A program made the position numbers and the translations under genes. Source: Anaeromyxobacter sp. (GTDB taxonomy: Bacteria > Myxococcota > Myxococcia > Myxococcales > Anaeromyxobacteraceae). From it: DNA of 64,000 bases. The notes beneath the pieces are model-generated. The model saw only the letters and a program-made list of their open reading frames with translations. It had not been told where the DNA came from and searched no databases. How positions within the stretch are numbered: the stretch's first letter is position 1; every line of letters starts with the position of its first letter. Positions 1 to 10,610 of this stretch are shown piece by piece. Location: NCBI GenBank assembly GCA_049840735.1, contig JASGJN010000014.1:32001-96000 (forward strand), read 5' to 3'.

Positions 1-362
1 TACGCGAGCCGCTCCCGCTCAAGGCCGTCCCACGCCTCCGCGGTCGCCCTCCCCGCCGCCGGCTCGAAGTCCTCCTCCCGCACCTCGCCGCCGCCCAGGA
101 ACCGCGAGCGCGCGTAGTCGTGGTTGTGCACCACCTCGAGGATCAGCAGCGCCCGGCGCCCCTCGTGCTGGCCGAACTTGAAGAGCAGCCGGTTCCGCTC
201 GTCCAGCCGGGCCCGATAGAGCCCGGTCCCCTTCAGCTTGCGGGCGTCCGCGGCGCGGAAGTCACCGGCGCGCAGCTGCTCCACCGCCTGGTCCACGTGG
301 CGGCCGAGCTGCCGGACGTCGAGCTCGCGGTTGAGGAGGACGTGGATGGGCTGGTCGAACAC
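1..362 (-). CDS. Partial CDS (runs off window start): N-terminal RelE/ParE-like domain, probably of a UvrD-type helicase fusion protein
   Basis: Not in ORF track; manual translation from GTG at 362: MFDQPIHVLLNRELDVRQLGRHVDQAVEQLRAGDFRAADARKLKGTGLYRARLDERNRLLFKFGQHEGRRALLILEVVHNHDYARSRFL...; RelE-like 'KLKGTGLYRARL..RLLF' pattern; frame open to window edge. Confidence 0.6.
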   Translation of the reverse strand, partial: MFDQPIHVLLNRELDVRQLGRHVDQAVEQLRAGDFRAADARKLKGTGLYRARLDERNRLLFKFGQHEGRRALLILEVVHNHDYARSRFLGGGEVREEDFEPAAGRATAEAWDGLERERLA

Positions 363-587
363 GGGCGCAGGTTAGCTGCACGATCCGACGGGCGCGTTGC
401 GGTGAGGGGACGCCGGGGGAAGGGACCACCGCGTCACCATCCCCCGCGGGTGCGCCCCGCTGCCGCGCGGGCGCCACAGGGAGGGTTGACCGGGGGCTCC
501 ACGGACACCTGGGATTGGCGCGAGCCATCCAGGGCGTTACGTACCAGCGGCGTCGCAACCCCCGCCCTGGGAGCCCGCATGCCGCGG

Positions 588-1469
588 ATGAAGGCCTCCG
601 ACTTCCACCCCGAGGTGCTGAGCCTCTTCGATCGGTATGTCCACGGGCTGATCGACCGCCGCGCCTTCCTGGCCGGGGCGGCGAGGTTCGCGGTGGGCGC
701 CATGACCGCCAGCGCGCTCCTCGACGCGCTCAGCCCGCGGTTCGCCGAGGCGCAGCAGGTGGCCAGGGACGACCCGCGGCTCCAGGCCGGCACGGTCGAG
801 CTCGACTCGCCCCGCGGCTCGGGGAAGCTGCGCGGCTACCTGGCGCGGCCCGCCAAGGCGCAGGGCAAGCTCCCCGGCGTGCTGGTCATCCACGAGAACC
901 GCGGCCTCAACCCCCACATCGAGGACATCGCCCGCCGCGTCGCGCTGGAGGGCTACCTGGCCTTCGCGCCCGACGCGCTCACCCCGCTGGGCGGCTATCC
1001 GGGCGACGAGGACAAGGCGCGGGAGCTGTTCGCGAAGCTCGACCAGGAGAAGACCCGCGAGGACTTCCTGGCCGCGCTCGCCTTCCTGGAGAAGCGCCCG
1101 GAGTGCACCGGCAAGGTGGGCGCGGTGGGGTTCTGCTGGGGCGGGGGGATGGTGAACTTCCTCGCCACCCGCGCGCCGGAGCTGGCCGCGGGCGTGCCCT
1201 TCTACGGCGGCCAGCCTCCGCCGGAGGAGGTCGCGAGGATCAAGGCCCCGCTCCTCATCCAGTACGCGGAGAAGGACGACCGCATCAACGCCGGCATCCC
1301 CGCCTTCGAGCAGGCGCTCGAGGCGAGCCACGTGCGCTACCAGCTGTTCGTCTATCCGGGCACGCAGCACGGCTTCAACAACGACACCACGCCTCGCTAC
1401 GACCAGGCCGCCGCCGACCTGGCCTGGAAGCGGACCCTGGCGTTCCTGGGGAAGCACCTGCGCGGCTGA
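588..1469 (+). CDS. Dienelactone hydrolase family protein (YghX-like)
   Basis: IHENRGLNPHIED, GFCWGG nucleophile motif, HGFNND; N-terminal 'DRYVHGLIDRRAFL'; start reset to ATG 588. Confidence 0.9.
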   Translation: MKASDFHPEVLSLFDRYVHGLIDRRAFLAGAARFAVGAMTASALLDALSPRFAEAQQVARDDPRLQAGTVELDSPRGSGKLRGYLARPAKAQGKLPGVLVIHENRGLNPHIEDIARRVALEGYLAFAPDALTPLGGYPGDEDKARELFAKLDQEKTREDFLAALAFLEKRPECTGKVGAVGFCWGGGMVNFLATRAPELAAGVPFYGGQPPPEEVARIKAPLLIQYAEKDDRINAGIPAFEQALEASHVRYQLFVYPGTQHGFNNDTTPRYDQAAADLAWKRTLAFLGKHLRG

Positions 1470-1862
1470 CCTCTGCACGTCGATTGGGCTTCGTGTGGAT
1501 GTTGCAGGCCGTGAAGTCGACCTTCATCGGATGAGCGAAGCCGGCTCCCGGCGAGGTCCAACAATGGTTCTCCCGCACCTGCTCCGGTTCGCCTGGCCGA
1601 TCATCATCGGCTACGGTCGCTCCGCGTCCGCTACGATCCGGGCGATCACGCGCGCCTGATGGTGGAGGAGTGAGCGCGGTGACGCGAGCGGCGCTCGAGG
1701 AGCTGGTGCGGACCTGGCCCGGGTGAGGATCCGGGAGCGGGTCGACCTCACCGGCGCGAACCTCCAGAAGGTGCGCGTGCAGCCGCTGCGGACCAGGTGA
1801 GTGGAGTTGCCGGGCGCCCCACCGGCGGCCATATCACTGGCTCTCCCTCCCGAGGAACGCAC

Positions 1863-2336
1863 ATGGCCAAGAACACGATCTGCCTCTGGTACGACAAGGA
1901 CGCCGAGGCGGCCGCCCGCTTCTACACCAGCACCTTCCCTGACAGCGCCATGGAGCGCGTGGTCCGTGCGCCGGGCGACTACCCCAGCGGCAAGAAGGGC
2001 GACGTGCTGGTGGTCGAGTTCACCGTGGCCGGCCTGCCCTGCGTCGGCCTGAACGGCGGCCCCGAGTTCAAGCACTGCGAGGCCTTCTCGTTCTCGATCG
2101 CGACCGAGGACCAGGCCGAGACCGATCGCTACTGGAACGCCATCGTCGGCAACGGCGGCCAGGAGAGCGCGTGCGGCTGGTGCAAGGACCGCTGGGGCGT
2201 CTCCTGGCAGATCACGCCCCGCGTCCTCACCGAGGCGCTCTCGGCGGGCGGCGACAAGGCGGCGCGCGCCTTCGAGGCCATGATGCCGATGAAGAAGATC
2301 ATCGTCGCGACCATAGAGGCCGCCATCCGCGGCTGA
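1863..2336 (+). CDS. VOC/PhnB-like protein (3-demethylubiquinone-9 3-methyltransferase-like family)
   Basis: MAKNTICLWY..AEAAARFY, LNGGPEF, CGWCKDRWGVSWQITP; GAGGA RBS. Confidence 0.9.
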   Translation: MAKNTICLWYDKDAEAAARFYTSTFPDSAMERVVRAPGDYPSGKKGDVLVVEFTVAGLPCVGLNGGPEFKHCEAFSFSIATEDQAETDRYWNAIVGNGGQESACGWCKDRWGVSWQITPRVLTEALSAGGDKAARAFEAMMPMKKIIVATIEAAIRG

Positions 2337-2473
2337 CGCTCGCTGCCGGGCCAGCGGAGCCGGCGTCCACTCCATGAGCCGCGGCCCCATCCGGGCCTGT
2401 TCCCACTCCCGGCGCGCAGGCCGGTCTCTCTCTCGAACCCGGGCCATGCCGCCCGCGCCCGAAGGAGACCGTC

Positions 2474-3940
2474 ATGCCCCGCCCGCACGCGAAGCCCGCC
2501 CCGAACCGCCGCGCCCTCGTCCTGCTGGCCCTGCTGGCCGCCGCCTGTGGGAGCGAGCAGGGGCCGGACCGGGCGCCGCCGGAGGAGGTGGTGGACGTCC
2601 AGATCGACCCGGCGGCCGTGACGCTCGACGTGGGCGAGCAGCTCACGCTGGCCGCGCTCGTCACCACCAGCACCACCGAGCCGGCCCGGGCGGCCCTCAC
2701 CGACGTCGAGTGGGCGTCGCTCTCCACCGCGGTGGCCACCGTGGCCGCGGACGGGACCGTGCTCGCCCTCGCCCCGGGCACCGCCCGCGTCACCGCCACG
2801 GCCGGCGGGATCACCGGCCAGGCCCTGGTCACCGTCCGCGAGCCGGACGTCGAGCCGGGCCGGGTCGCGTCCGTGGAGCTCTCCGAGACGGCGGTGACGC
2901 TCGAGGAGGGGGCGGCGCGCGCGCTCGTCGCCACGCCGCGCGACGCCCAGGGCGGCGCCCTCGACGGCCTGCCGGTGGGCTGGCGCACCAGCGACGAGGG
3001 CGTGGTCTACGTGACCGCCGGCGGCGAGCTGCGCGCCGTGCGGGCCGGCAGCGCCGAGGTGACCGCCACCGTGCACGGCGTCACCGCCACCGCCGTGGTC
3101 ACCGTCACGCTGGAGAGCGCCTGGGATTTGTTCTTCGAGGCCTGGTCGGAGGAGGCGGCGCGCTTCCGCTGGATCACGCGCGACCTGCGCGACCCCGCCG
3201 CCGGGAACGCCTACCTGATGGCCGGGAGCACCGTCTCGGGCGCCCCCGTGCCTTCCCCGTCAGGCGACCGGATCGCCTTCGCCATCTCCTCCCCGCTGTC
3301 GCCGCAGAACCAGCTCCGGGTGGTGGACCTGCAGCGGCAGACCGTCTGGTTCGTGGCGCTGCCGGGGATGGTCGTCGACGTCGCCTGGTCCTGGGAGGGC
3401 GACCGGCTCGCCTTCGCGCTCAGCTCGGACGAGACCGGCTACGACGTCTGGACCATCCGCGCCGACGGCACCGGCCCGGTGAACGTGACCGCCATCCTGG
3501 GGACCAGCGACGAGACCCAGCCGACCTGGGCCCCCGGCCCCGTGGGCAAGCTGGCCTTCACGCGCGCGGTGGGCGGCGTGCAGGACATCTGGACAATGGA
3601 CGCCGTGGGCACCAACCTGACCCGCCTCACCACCGGCGGCGCCGACGCCGACCCCGCGTGGTCGCCCGACGGCACCTCGATCGTCTTCCAGCGCTCCGGC
3701 GCGGCACTCTTCGGCGACCTCTTCTTCGTCTCCCCGGCCACCGGCGCCGTCCAGCGGAGCCTGGTCGGCGTCCCCGGGATCCAGGCCCGCCCGGCCTGGT
3801 CGCCGGACGGCCGGATGGTCGCGTTCACCTCCGGCGGCGATGTCTACACGGTGAGGACCACCGACGCCTTCCTGGCGCGGCGCACCTTCGACGGCGAGGC
3901 CACCGTCGAGCTCAGGCCGGGGTGGCTGAAGCGGCGTTAG
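2474..3940 (+). CDS. Lipoprotein with two Ig-like (Big_2) domains and TolB/PD40-type beta-propeller
   Basis: Lipobox LAAC; 'W.S....VATV...GTV.A..PGTA.VTAT' Ig repeats; repeated P.WSPDG motifs; GAAGGAG RBS. Confidence 0.8.
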   Translation: MPRPHAKPAPNRRALVLLALLAAACGSEQGPDRAPPEEVVDVQIDPAAVTLDVGEQLTLAALVTTSTTEPARAALTDVEWASLSTAVATVAADGTVLALAPGTARVTATAGGITGQALVTVREPDVEPGRVASVELSETAVTLEEGAARALVATPRDAQGGALDGLPVGWRTSDEGVVYVTAGGELRAVRAGSAEVTATVHGVTATAVVTVTLESAWDLFFEAWSEEAARFRWITRDLRDPAAGNAYLMAGSTVSGAPVPSPSGDRIAFAISSPLSPQNQLRVVDLQRQTVWFVALPGMVVDVAWSWEGDRLAFALSSDETGYDVWTIRADGTGPVNVTAILGTSDETQPTWAPGPVGKLAFTRAVGGVQDIWTMDAVGTNLTRLTTGGADADPAWSPDGTSIVFQRSGAALFGDLFFVSPATGAVQRSLVGVPGIQARPAWSPDGRMVAFTSGGDVYTVRTTDAFLARRTFDGEATVELRPGWLKRR

Positions 3941-3949
3941 CGCCGCGGC

Positions 3950-4432
3950 TCAGCCCGGCACCACGCGGTAGAACGCCCCCAGGACGGCGCCGAAGACGAC
4001 GTGCGCCAGGAGCGTGGTGAGGGGCGTCTGCGCGCCGTAGTTGAGGGCCAGGAACCCCGGCGGCTCGAGCTGGCGGGTGACGTCCGGGCCGCGCTCCTCG
4101 CTCGCCATGCGCGGGTGCAGGCCGGGCAGGAGCCGCATCCCCGCGGTCAGGACGAAGGCGGCGTGCACCGTCCCGATGGCCGCGCCGAGCCAGGGGGAGG
4201 CCCGCCCCCAGGCCTCGAAGGCGGCGACGTAGAGGAGCGAGAACAGCCAGCCGTTCAGCAGGTGGGCGGCGAACCCGACCAGCTTGGCGCGGTCCCGGCT
4301 GGGCGTGAACAGCGTCCCGAGCATGTAGGGCAGGCTCATGCGCGTGAGCCGGAGCCCCTGCCCCGCCGCCAGGGTGGTGGTGAGGGCCACCGTCGCCACG
4401 AAGCCCCACAAGAGCCAGCTCCCCACGCTCAT
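3950..4432 (-). CDS. Small integral membrane protein, translationally coupled to GH15 gene
   Basis: MSVGSWLLWGFVATVALTT...; about 4 hydrophobic segments; ATGA overlap with GH15 stop at 4429-4432. Confidence 0.75.
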   Translation of the reverse strand: MSVGSWLLWGFVATVALTTTLAAGQGLRLTRMSLPYMLGTLFTPSRDRAKLVGFAAHLLNGWLFSLLYVAAFEAWGRASPWLGAAIGTVHAAFVLTAGMRLLPGLHPRMASEERGPDVTRQLEPPGFLALNYGAQTPLTTLLAHVVFGAVLGAFYRVVPG

Positions 4433-6325
4433 CTGGCCTCCTCCCGCGGCGCCGGCACCGCCCGCCGCGCCGTCCCCGCGCCGGGCGGCTCGCGGCGGAG
4501 CCGCTGCTCGAGCGAGAGGGCCGCGTTGATGAGCCCCACGTGCGTGAAGGCCTGCGGGAAGTTCCCGACCGCCTCGCCCGTCTCCGGGTCGATCTCCTCG
4601 GCGAACAGCCCCACGTCGTTCGCGAAGCCGCACAGCCGCTCGAAGGTGGCCTGCGCCTCGGCCGCGCTCCCGCCCCCCAGCGCCAGGGCCTCTGCGCCCC
4701 AGAAGCTGCAGATCCCGAACGCGCCTTCGCCCGGCGACTCGTCCCCGCGGTAGCGGAACAGGAGGCCGTCGCGAGCGCCGAGCTGGGCCCGGATCCGCGC
4801 CAGCGTGGCCCGCATCCTGGCCGAGCCCGCCTCCTCGAAGCCGTACCAAGGCAGGAGCAGCAGCGCCGCGTCCAGCTCCGCGCCGCCGAGCCGCGAGGCG
4901 TAGCTCCCCAGGGCCGCGTTCCACCCCTGGGCCTCGACCTCGCCGCGGATGGCGGTCCGGTTCCGCTGGAAGTGCTCGACCGGCGCGCCGCGGAGGTGAC
5001 CCCGGGCGTGGAGCTCGAGGAGCCGGTCCAGGGCGGCCCAGCAGAGCACCCGCGAGTGCGTGTGGTGGGCCGCGCCGGAGCGGGGCTCCCAGAATCCCCT
5101 CGTCCGGCTGCCGCCAGGTCCGGCACACGTGCTCCCCGACCCTGCACAGCATCCGCTCCGTCTCGCGATCCAGCGTCCCGCCGCCGCGGACGAAGTGCGC
5201 CACCGCGTCGATCACCTCGCCGTAGACGTCCAGCTGCAGCTGGCCGGCGGCCCCGTTGCCGGTGCGCACCGGGCGCGACCCGCGGTGGCCGGAGAGGTGG
5301 TCCAGCGTGCGCTCGGGCGCCGGCGGGTTGCCGTGGACGTCGTAGAGCACCCGCAGCTCCGGCTGGGTGAGCCGGGTCGAGTGGAGGAGCCAGCTCACGA
5401 ACGCGTCCGCCTCCTCGTCGAAGCCCAGCCCGGCGAGCGCGCGGAAGGTGAGCGAGGCGTCGCGCAGCCAGCAGTACCGGTAGTCCCAGTTCAGCCCGCC
5501 GCCCACCCGCTCCGGGAGCGAGGTGGTGGGCGCGGCGATGACCGCGCCGGAGGGCGCGTGGACCAGGAGCCGCAGCGCGAGCGCGCTCCTCACCACCGCG
5601 CCACGGGCCGGCCCGCCGTAGCGGATCCGCGCCGCCCAGCGGCTCCACCAGCGCAGGGTCCGCTCCAGGGCCTCCGGCGCGGCCGCGAGCGGCGCCAGGA
5701 CGGCCGGCCACTCGCTCGCGAAGGTGAGCGCGAAGGAGCAGGTCTCTCCGGCGCGCAGCCTGAGCCTTCCCTCGGCGCGTCCCTCGCCTTCCAGCCGGAG
5801 GGGGAGCCCGGCGCGGAGCGTGAGCAGCCCGGCGCGGGTCTCGACGCGCAAACCCAGGCCTCGCGCCTCGACCAGGCGGGGCCGCTCCCGCCCGTAGTCC
5901 GGCCTCGGCTCGAAGACCGCCTCCAGCTCGACCTCGCCGCGCTCGCAGCGCGCCAGCCGGAGGAGGGCGTGCTCCGGCTCCAGCAGGCGACGCCGCTCCG
6001 CCTCGGAGGCCACCGGCATGAAGTCGGTGACCGAGAGGGCGCCGGCGTCCGTCTCGAACCGCGTCTCGAGCACGTTGGTGTCCCCGAGGTAGCGCTGCCG
6101 CGGGCGGGACGGCGCCGCCGGCGCGACCGTGAAGCGGCCGGCGCCGTCGTCGAGCAGGGCGCCGAACAGGCTCGGGCTGTCGAACCGCGGCCAGCACAGC
6201 CAGTCGATGGCGCCGCCGAGCGAGACCAGCGCGGCCGAGCGGCCGTCGCCGATGATCGCGTGATCGTGGACCCGCTCCACCCGAACCCCCTGCGGCCCGG
6301 CGCGCGTCGCCGTGCCCTCCTTCAT
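4429..6325 (-). CDS. Glycoside hydrolase family 15 (trehalase/glucoamylase-like); one +1 frameshift at ~5093, probably a sequencing error
   Basis: IDWLCWPRFDSPS, APTTSLPE, NWDYRYCWLRD, QLDVYGE, GNFPQAFTH; removing 1 nt at GAATC 5092-5096 gives 632 codons (EGIWEPR). Confidence 0.9.
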
Positions 6326-6812
6326 TGGATCTGCGGAGCGTGCGCGGGTTACGCCGCGGGCACAGGCGGCCGGGTGGGTGAGCAGGCGGCCGGGCAGCGC
6401 CTCATGCAGCAGGGACCGTCCACTCCTGCTCGAGCAGGGCCCACGCCCGTCGGCCGGCTCGGCTCAGAGGAGGTGGGACGTCGAAGAAGGAACCGCTCGC
6501 GGCGCTGGCCTATTCGCCGCGGAGTGGCTCGCTCGTTGCGTTCGGCGACGGGCCTGGTTAGGCTAGGAATGACGTGATCGACCGTGCCTCCAGATCGACG
6601 ATGCGCCAGCTGCCGTGCGGAACGGCCGTGCTGCTCGCACACGTCTGCGACACGGCCTGTCTCACGGTTCGCGCCCCGACCCCGGCTCGCTAGCGGCTCG
6701 AGGCGCCTCCCCCACACACACACCCGTGCACGCCCGCGTGGCGCGCCAGCGCGTCCGCTGGCGGGCGCGAGCGCGCGTTCCCGCAGCACGATCCAGAGAG
6801 CGAGGTACTCCC

Positions 6813-7241
6813 ATGGCCGGACCCATCTACATCGTCGAGACCGAGCTGGAGCGGCTGAAGTCGCTGGTGGACCAGCACCTGGACGGGCGCGACGGCGCCG
6901 CGGCCGAGCGGCTCGGCGCGGAGCTGGACCGCGCGCTGGTGCGCGATCCCGCCGAGCTCCCGCCCGACGTCGTCACCCTCGACTCCAGCGTCTCCTACGT
7001 GGACGAGCGCACCGGGGTGGTGCGCGAGGTGACCGTCGTGTTCCCGGCGGCGGCGGACGCGAACACCCGCCGCATCTCCGTGCTGGCGCCCGTCGGCGCC
7101 GCGCTCCTGGGGCTGCGGCAGGGCGATGGGATCGAGTGGCCGCTGCCGGACGGACGCGTCGCCCAGCTCAGGATCCTGCGCGTCGTCCAGCCCGCGGCCG
7201 CCGCGGCGCCCGGGCAGGCGGAGCGGGCGGCTGCGTCCTGA
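6813..7241 (+). CDS. rnk: Nucleoside diphosphate kinase regulator (GreA/GreB family)
   Basis: ELDRALV..PPDVVTLDSSV, RISVLAPVGAALLGLRQGDGIEWPLP; GAGG RBS. Confidence 0.85.
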   Translation: MAGPIYIVETELERLKSLVDQHLDGRDGAAAERLGAELDRALVRDPAELPPDVVTLDSSVSYVDERTGVVREVTVVFPAAADANTRRISVLAPVGAALLGLRQGDGIEWPLPDGRVAQLRILRVVQPAAAAAPGQAERAAAS

Positions 7242-7253
7242 CGCGCCCGCCGC

Positions 7254-7676
7254 TCACCCCGCCGGCGAGCGCTGCACGTCGCACTCGCCATCGACATACA
7301 GCCAGCGCCCGCCCACCTTCCGGAAGCGCGACCGCTCGCGGAGCGTGTAGCGGTACCGGGAGTCCCGGGACCGGGCCGTGAACTCCACCACGCCCTGGTC
7401 GTCGCCCGGGCCGCCCGCCTCGGTCCGGTGGACGGTGAGGCCGAGCCAGGTCACCGAGCGCGCGGCGGCCTCGATCGCCTGCCGCTCCGCCGCGGTGGCC
7501 GGCGCGTCGTGGGTGGAGAGGAGGTAGTCGGGGAGGCAGCGGGCGAAGGCCGAGTAGCGCGAGCGCATGAGCGCCTCGGCCGTCTCGGCTGGCCGCGAGC
7601 CATCATGGCGCGGGCCGCAGCAGGCGACGTAGCGTGCGCCGCCGCAGGGGCAGGGTTCGTCGGTGGGCGGAGCCAT
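7254..7676 (-). CDS. ychJ: YchJ family SEC-C motif protein
   Basis: CPCGG..YVACC, TAEALMRSRYSAF, WLGLTV, GVVEFTA, ERSRF, W.YVDG. Confidence 0.85.
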   Translation of the reverse strand: MAPPTDEPCPCGGARYVACCGPRHDGSRPAETAEALMRSRYSAFARCLPDYLLSTHDAPATAAERQAIEAAARSVTWLGLTVHRTEAGGPGDDQGVVEFTARSRDSRYRYTLRERSRFRKVGGRWLYVDGECDVQRSPAG

Positions 7677-7713
7677 GCGGGGAGGAGGATACCGCCTCCC
7701 CGTTCGGCGCACA

Positions 7714-9627
7714 TCAGCCTCCCCTGCGGAGCCAGACCTGGAGCTGCCCCGGCGCGCGGTTCGCCCAGGCGAAGTAGGGGATGGCCTGGAGCTGGACGGG
7801 CCGCGGCGGCGCCGCAGCGGTCGCACCCACGGTCCGGTAGAGCCGGTCGCTCCAGCTCGCCCCGGGCTCGGCCACCGCGCCCGCGCCCTGCAGCGCGACC
7901 ACGCCGCCCAGCAGCTCCGGCCGCCACCCGGGCGCCGGGAGGGACCGCGGATCGACCGCGAGGTCGCGCAGGTCCACGCCGGGGTGGTCGAGCCCCTCGA
8001 CGCAGTACAGCAGCGGGCCGCGGGCCAGCGCGACGCGGCCGGCGTCCTCGAGCGCGTGCGGGTGCGCCTCGATCAGCCGGACGGGCATGGGGAGCTCCAG
8101 CTCCACGCGATCCCCGGGCGTCCAGCTGCGGTGGATCACGGCGTAGGTGCCGGGGACCGGCTGCGCCTCCGGTTGGCCGTTCACGGTGAGCCGGGCTCCG
8201 GCCTCGCACCAGCCCGGGATGCGCAGGTGGAGCGCGAACGTCCCGGCCCCTCGCACCTCCACCGAGATGCGCCCGTCCCAGGGATAGGCGGTGCGCTGCA
8301 CCAGCGTCACCGGGGCACCGCCCGCCTGGAGCCGGACCTCGCTGGCGGCGTACTGGTGGACCAGCACGGCGCCGTCGTCCCGGGTGCCGTAGAGGTAGCC
8401 GGGGAGCGCGGTGAGCGTGCGGGCCACGTTGGGCGGGCAGCAGGCGCAGGTGTACCAGGGCTTCCGCTGGTGCGAGCCGTCCGCCTGGAGCGGGTTCACG
8501 TAGAAGTAGCGCAGGCCGTCGAGCGACCAGCCCGGCAGGACGCCGTTCAGGAGCGTCCACTCCAGCAGGTCGGCGTGGCGCGCCTCGCCGGTCGCCGCGA
8601 GCATGCGCTGGTTCCACATCACGCTGGCGATGGCGGCGCAGGTCTCGGTGTAGGCCCGCGCGTTCGGCAGCTCGTGGTCGTCGCCCAGCGACTCGCCCTC
8701 GTGACGCGAGCCGGCGCCGCCCGACACGTAGAGCTGGCGGGAGACCAGCTGCTCCCAGAGCCGGGTGAGCGCGTCGCGCAGCGAGGCGTCGCCGGTCTCG
8801 AGGTGGAGATCCGTCACCCCGCAGCAGTAGTACAGCGCCCGCACCGCGTGCCCGGCCAGCCGCGGCAGCTCCCGGAACGGGAGGTGGTCCTGGTAGTACT
8901 CGCGCCCGTAGCGGCCGCCGTCGAGGAGCCCGTGGCCGCGCGCCTCCAGGAAGTGCCGAGCCAGGCGCAGCCAGCGCGGGTCGCCGGTCTCGCGGGTGAG
9001 CTCGACCAGCGCCAGCTCCACCTCCTGGTGTCCGTCGATGCCGCTCCGCCGGATCGCGCCCTCCGGCGCGAACTGGGCCCAGATGTGCTCGGCCCAGCGC
9101 ACGGCCACGGCCAGGAGCCGCCCGTCGCCGGTGGCGCGGTGGTGCGCGATGGCCGCCTGGACCAGGTGGCCGCCGCAGTAGAGCTCGTGCATGTCGCGCA
9201 GGTCCGACCAGCGCTGGCCGGCCCGATCCCCGGCGTAGAAGGTGTCCAGGTAGCCGTCCGGCTCCTGCGCCCGCTCCACCAGCGCGATGGTCTCCCCGAC
9301 CAGCCGCTCCAGCGCGGGATCGCGCCGCGCCGCCAGGGCCCAGGCGGCGGCCTCCAGCCACTTGTAGACGTCGCTGTCGTCGAAGAACAGCCCGCTGCGC
9401 GGCGTGTCCAGCTGACCGGCCGCCCTGCGGAAGCCGTCGAGCCGCCCGTGCCGCTCCAGCTCGCCGTGCAGCGCGGGGAGGGACACCTCCACCGCCAGCC
9501 GGTAGCGCTCCCCCCAGGGCCCCGGATCGAGCCGGACGGCGTTCACCGGGACCGGACGCACCCGGGCGTAGGGGCTCCTCGAGGTGTCCACGACGGGGCG
9601 TCCAGGCGCCGATTCACGCATCGTCAT
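7714..9627 (-). CDS. Glycoside hydrolase family 127 (beta-L-arabinofuranosidase-like)
   Basis: DSDVYKWLEAA, HELYCGGH, GHQEVELAL, GHAVRALY, YTETCAAI, CACCPPN; GAGAGG RBS before ATG 9627. Confidence 0.92.
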   Translation of the reverse strand: MTMRESAPGRPVVDTSRSPYARVRPVPVNAVRLDPGPWGERYRLAVEVSLPALHGELERHGRLDGFRRAAGQLDTPRSGLFFDDSDVYKWLEAAAWALAARRDPALERLVGETIALVERAQEPDGYLDTFYAGDRAGQRWSDLRDMHELYCGGHLVQAAIAHHRATGDGRLLAVAVRWAEHIWAQFAPEGAIRRSGIDGHQEVELALVELTRETGDPRWLRLARHFLEARGHGLLDGGRYGREYYQDHLPFRELPRLAGHAVRALYYCCGVTDLHLETGDASLRDALTRLWEQLVSRQLYVSGGAGSRHEGESLGDDHELPNARAYTETCAAIASVMWNQRMLAATGEARHADLLEWTLLNGVLPGWSLDGLRYFYVNPLQADGSHQRKPWYTCACCPPNVARTLTALPGYLYGTRDDGAVLVHQYAASEVRLQAGGAPVTLVQRTAYPWDGRISVEVRGAGTFALHLRIPGWCEAGARLTVNGQPEAQPVPGTYAVIHRSWTPGDRVELELPMPVRLIEAHPHALEDAGRVALARGPLLYCVEGLDHPGVDLRDLAVDPRSLPAPGWRPELLGGVVALQGAGAVAEPGASWSDRLYRTVGATAAAPPRPVQLQAIPYFAWANRAPGQLQVWLRRGG

Positions 9628-9722
9628 AGCCTCTCCCCTCGCAGCCGGCGGCGCGGTTCGCGGCCGTCGCCAGCGTGACGTTGACACGGACGATCCGCGG
9701 GTCACAAGATGCGAGAACCGGC

Positions 9723-9743
9723 AAAACCGGGACGATTCCGACC
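9723..9743 (-). promoter_or_regulatory. Candidate AraC operator upstream of GH127 (GGTCGGAATCGTCCCGGTTTT)
   Basis: 19/21 identical to the motif at 10611-10631, in the same orientation relative to the downstream gene. Confidence 0.6.
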
Positions 9744-9755
9744 CGGGGGGCGGCC

Positions 9756-10586
9756 ATGTCGAGCGACGGGCTGGAGCTCTCAATCGGGCTCGAGCTGCAG
9801 GCCAGCAACGGTGGGCTCTTCCTCTCGCGCGGCGTGGGGACCCATCCCACCCGCGTGATCGGCTCGTTCGAGCTCATCTTCGTGAAGCGCGGGGTGCTGG
9901 AGATCCGCGAGGGCGAGACCGGGTTCGCGGTGCAGCAGGACGAGACCCTCATCCTCTGGCCCGGGCGCAAGCACGGGGGCACCGTGCCCTACCCGCCCGA
10001 CCTGCGCTTCTTCTGGGTCCACTTCACCCTGGCGCCGGATGGCCCGCCCGCAGGCGGGCTGCCGCTGAGCGTGCCCCAGCACGCCCGGATCGAGCGGCCG
10101 GACCACCTCACCAACCTGTTCCGCCGCCTGCTGGACGACCAGGAGGCGTTCGGCGTCCGCCCGCTCCCGGCCTCCCTCCTCATCCTGCTCATGCTCTGCG
10201 AGGTCACCGCGTCGAGGCCCGCCTCCGCGCGCTCCGACGGCGCCGCCCAGCTGCTGGCGGCGAGGGCGGACACGCTGATCCTCTCCCGCTTCAACGAGCT
10301 GCTCTCGGCCTCCAGCATCGCCGCCGACCTGGGCTGCAACCCCGACTACCTGGGCCGCGTCTACCGCTCCACCCACGGTCGAACGCTCACCGAGGCCATC
10401 CACGACCGGCGCATCCGCCACGCCACGCGCCTGCTGGCCGAGGGGCGGGAGACCATCGACGAGGTGGCCCGCCAGTGCGGCTTCGAGGACGCAGGCTACT
10501 TCCGCAGGCTCTTCAAGCGCATGCAGGGGATGACCCCCCACGCCTACCGGCGGCTCTACGTCCGGGTCCACGTGAACACTTCCTGA
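9756..10586 (+). CDS. AraC family transcriptional regulator
   Basis: N-terminal cupin-like domain (ELIFVKRG..FFWVHF); C-terminal double HTH (IAADLGCNPDYLGRVY; VARQCGFEDAGYFRRLFKR..GMTP..YR). Confidence 0.92.
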   Translation: MSSDGLELSIGLELQASNGGLFLSRGVGTHPTRVIGSFELIFVKRGVLEIREGETGFAVQQDETLILWPGRKHGGTVPYPPDLRFFWVHFTLAPDGPPAGGLPLSVPQHARIERPDHLTNLFRRLLDDQEAFGVRPLPASLLILLMLCEVTASRPASARSDGAAQLLAARADTLILSRFNELLSASSIAADLGCNPDYLGRVYRSTHGRTLTEAIHDRRIRHATRLLAEGRETIDEVARQCGFEDAGYFRRLFKRMQGMTPHAYRRLYVRVHVNTS

Positions 10587-10610
10587 GCGGGGCCCGCTGC
10601 GGCGCCGGAA

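Noticed and set aside
120..587. Long N-terminal extension of the dienelactone hydrolase ORF
   Set aside because: It is the antisense shadow of the minus-strand gene at 1-362; family similarity begins at ATG 588
1470..1860. Possible pentapeptide-repeat gene remnant (VDLTGANLQKV) in the intergenic region
   Set aside because: Too short and interrupted by stops to support
3950..6325. Apparent 791-aa GH15-membrane protein fusion in the ORF track
   Set aside because: Artefact of the +1 indel at ~5093; the repair gives two separate, ATGA-coupled genes
6712..6724. Short (CA)n run upstream of rnk
   Set aside because: Only ~5 units; compatible with chance
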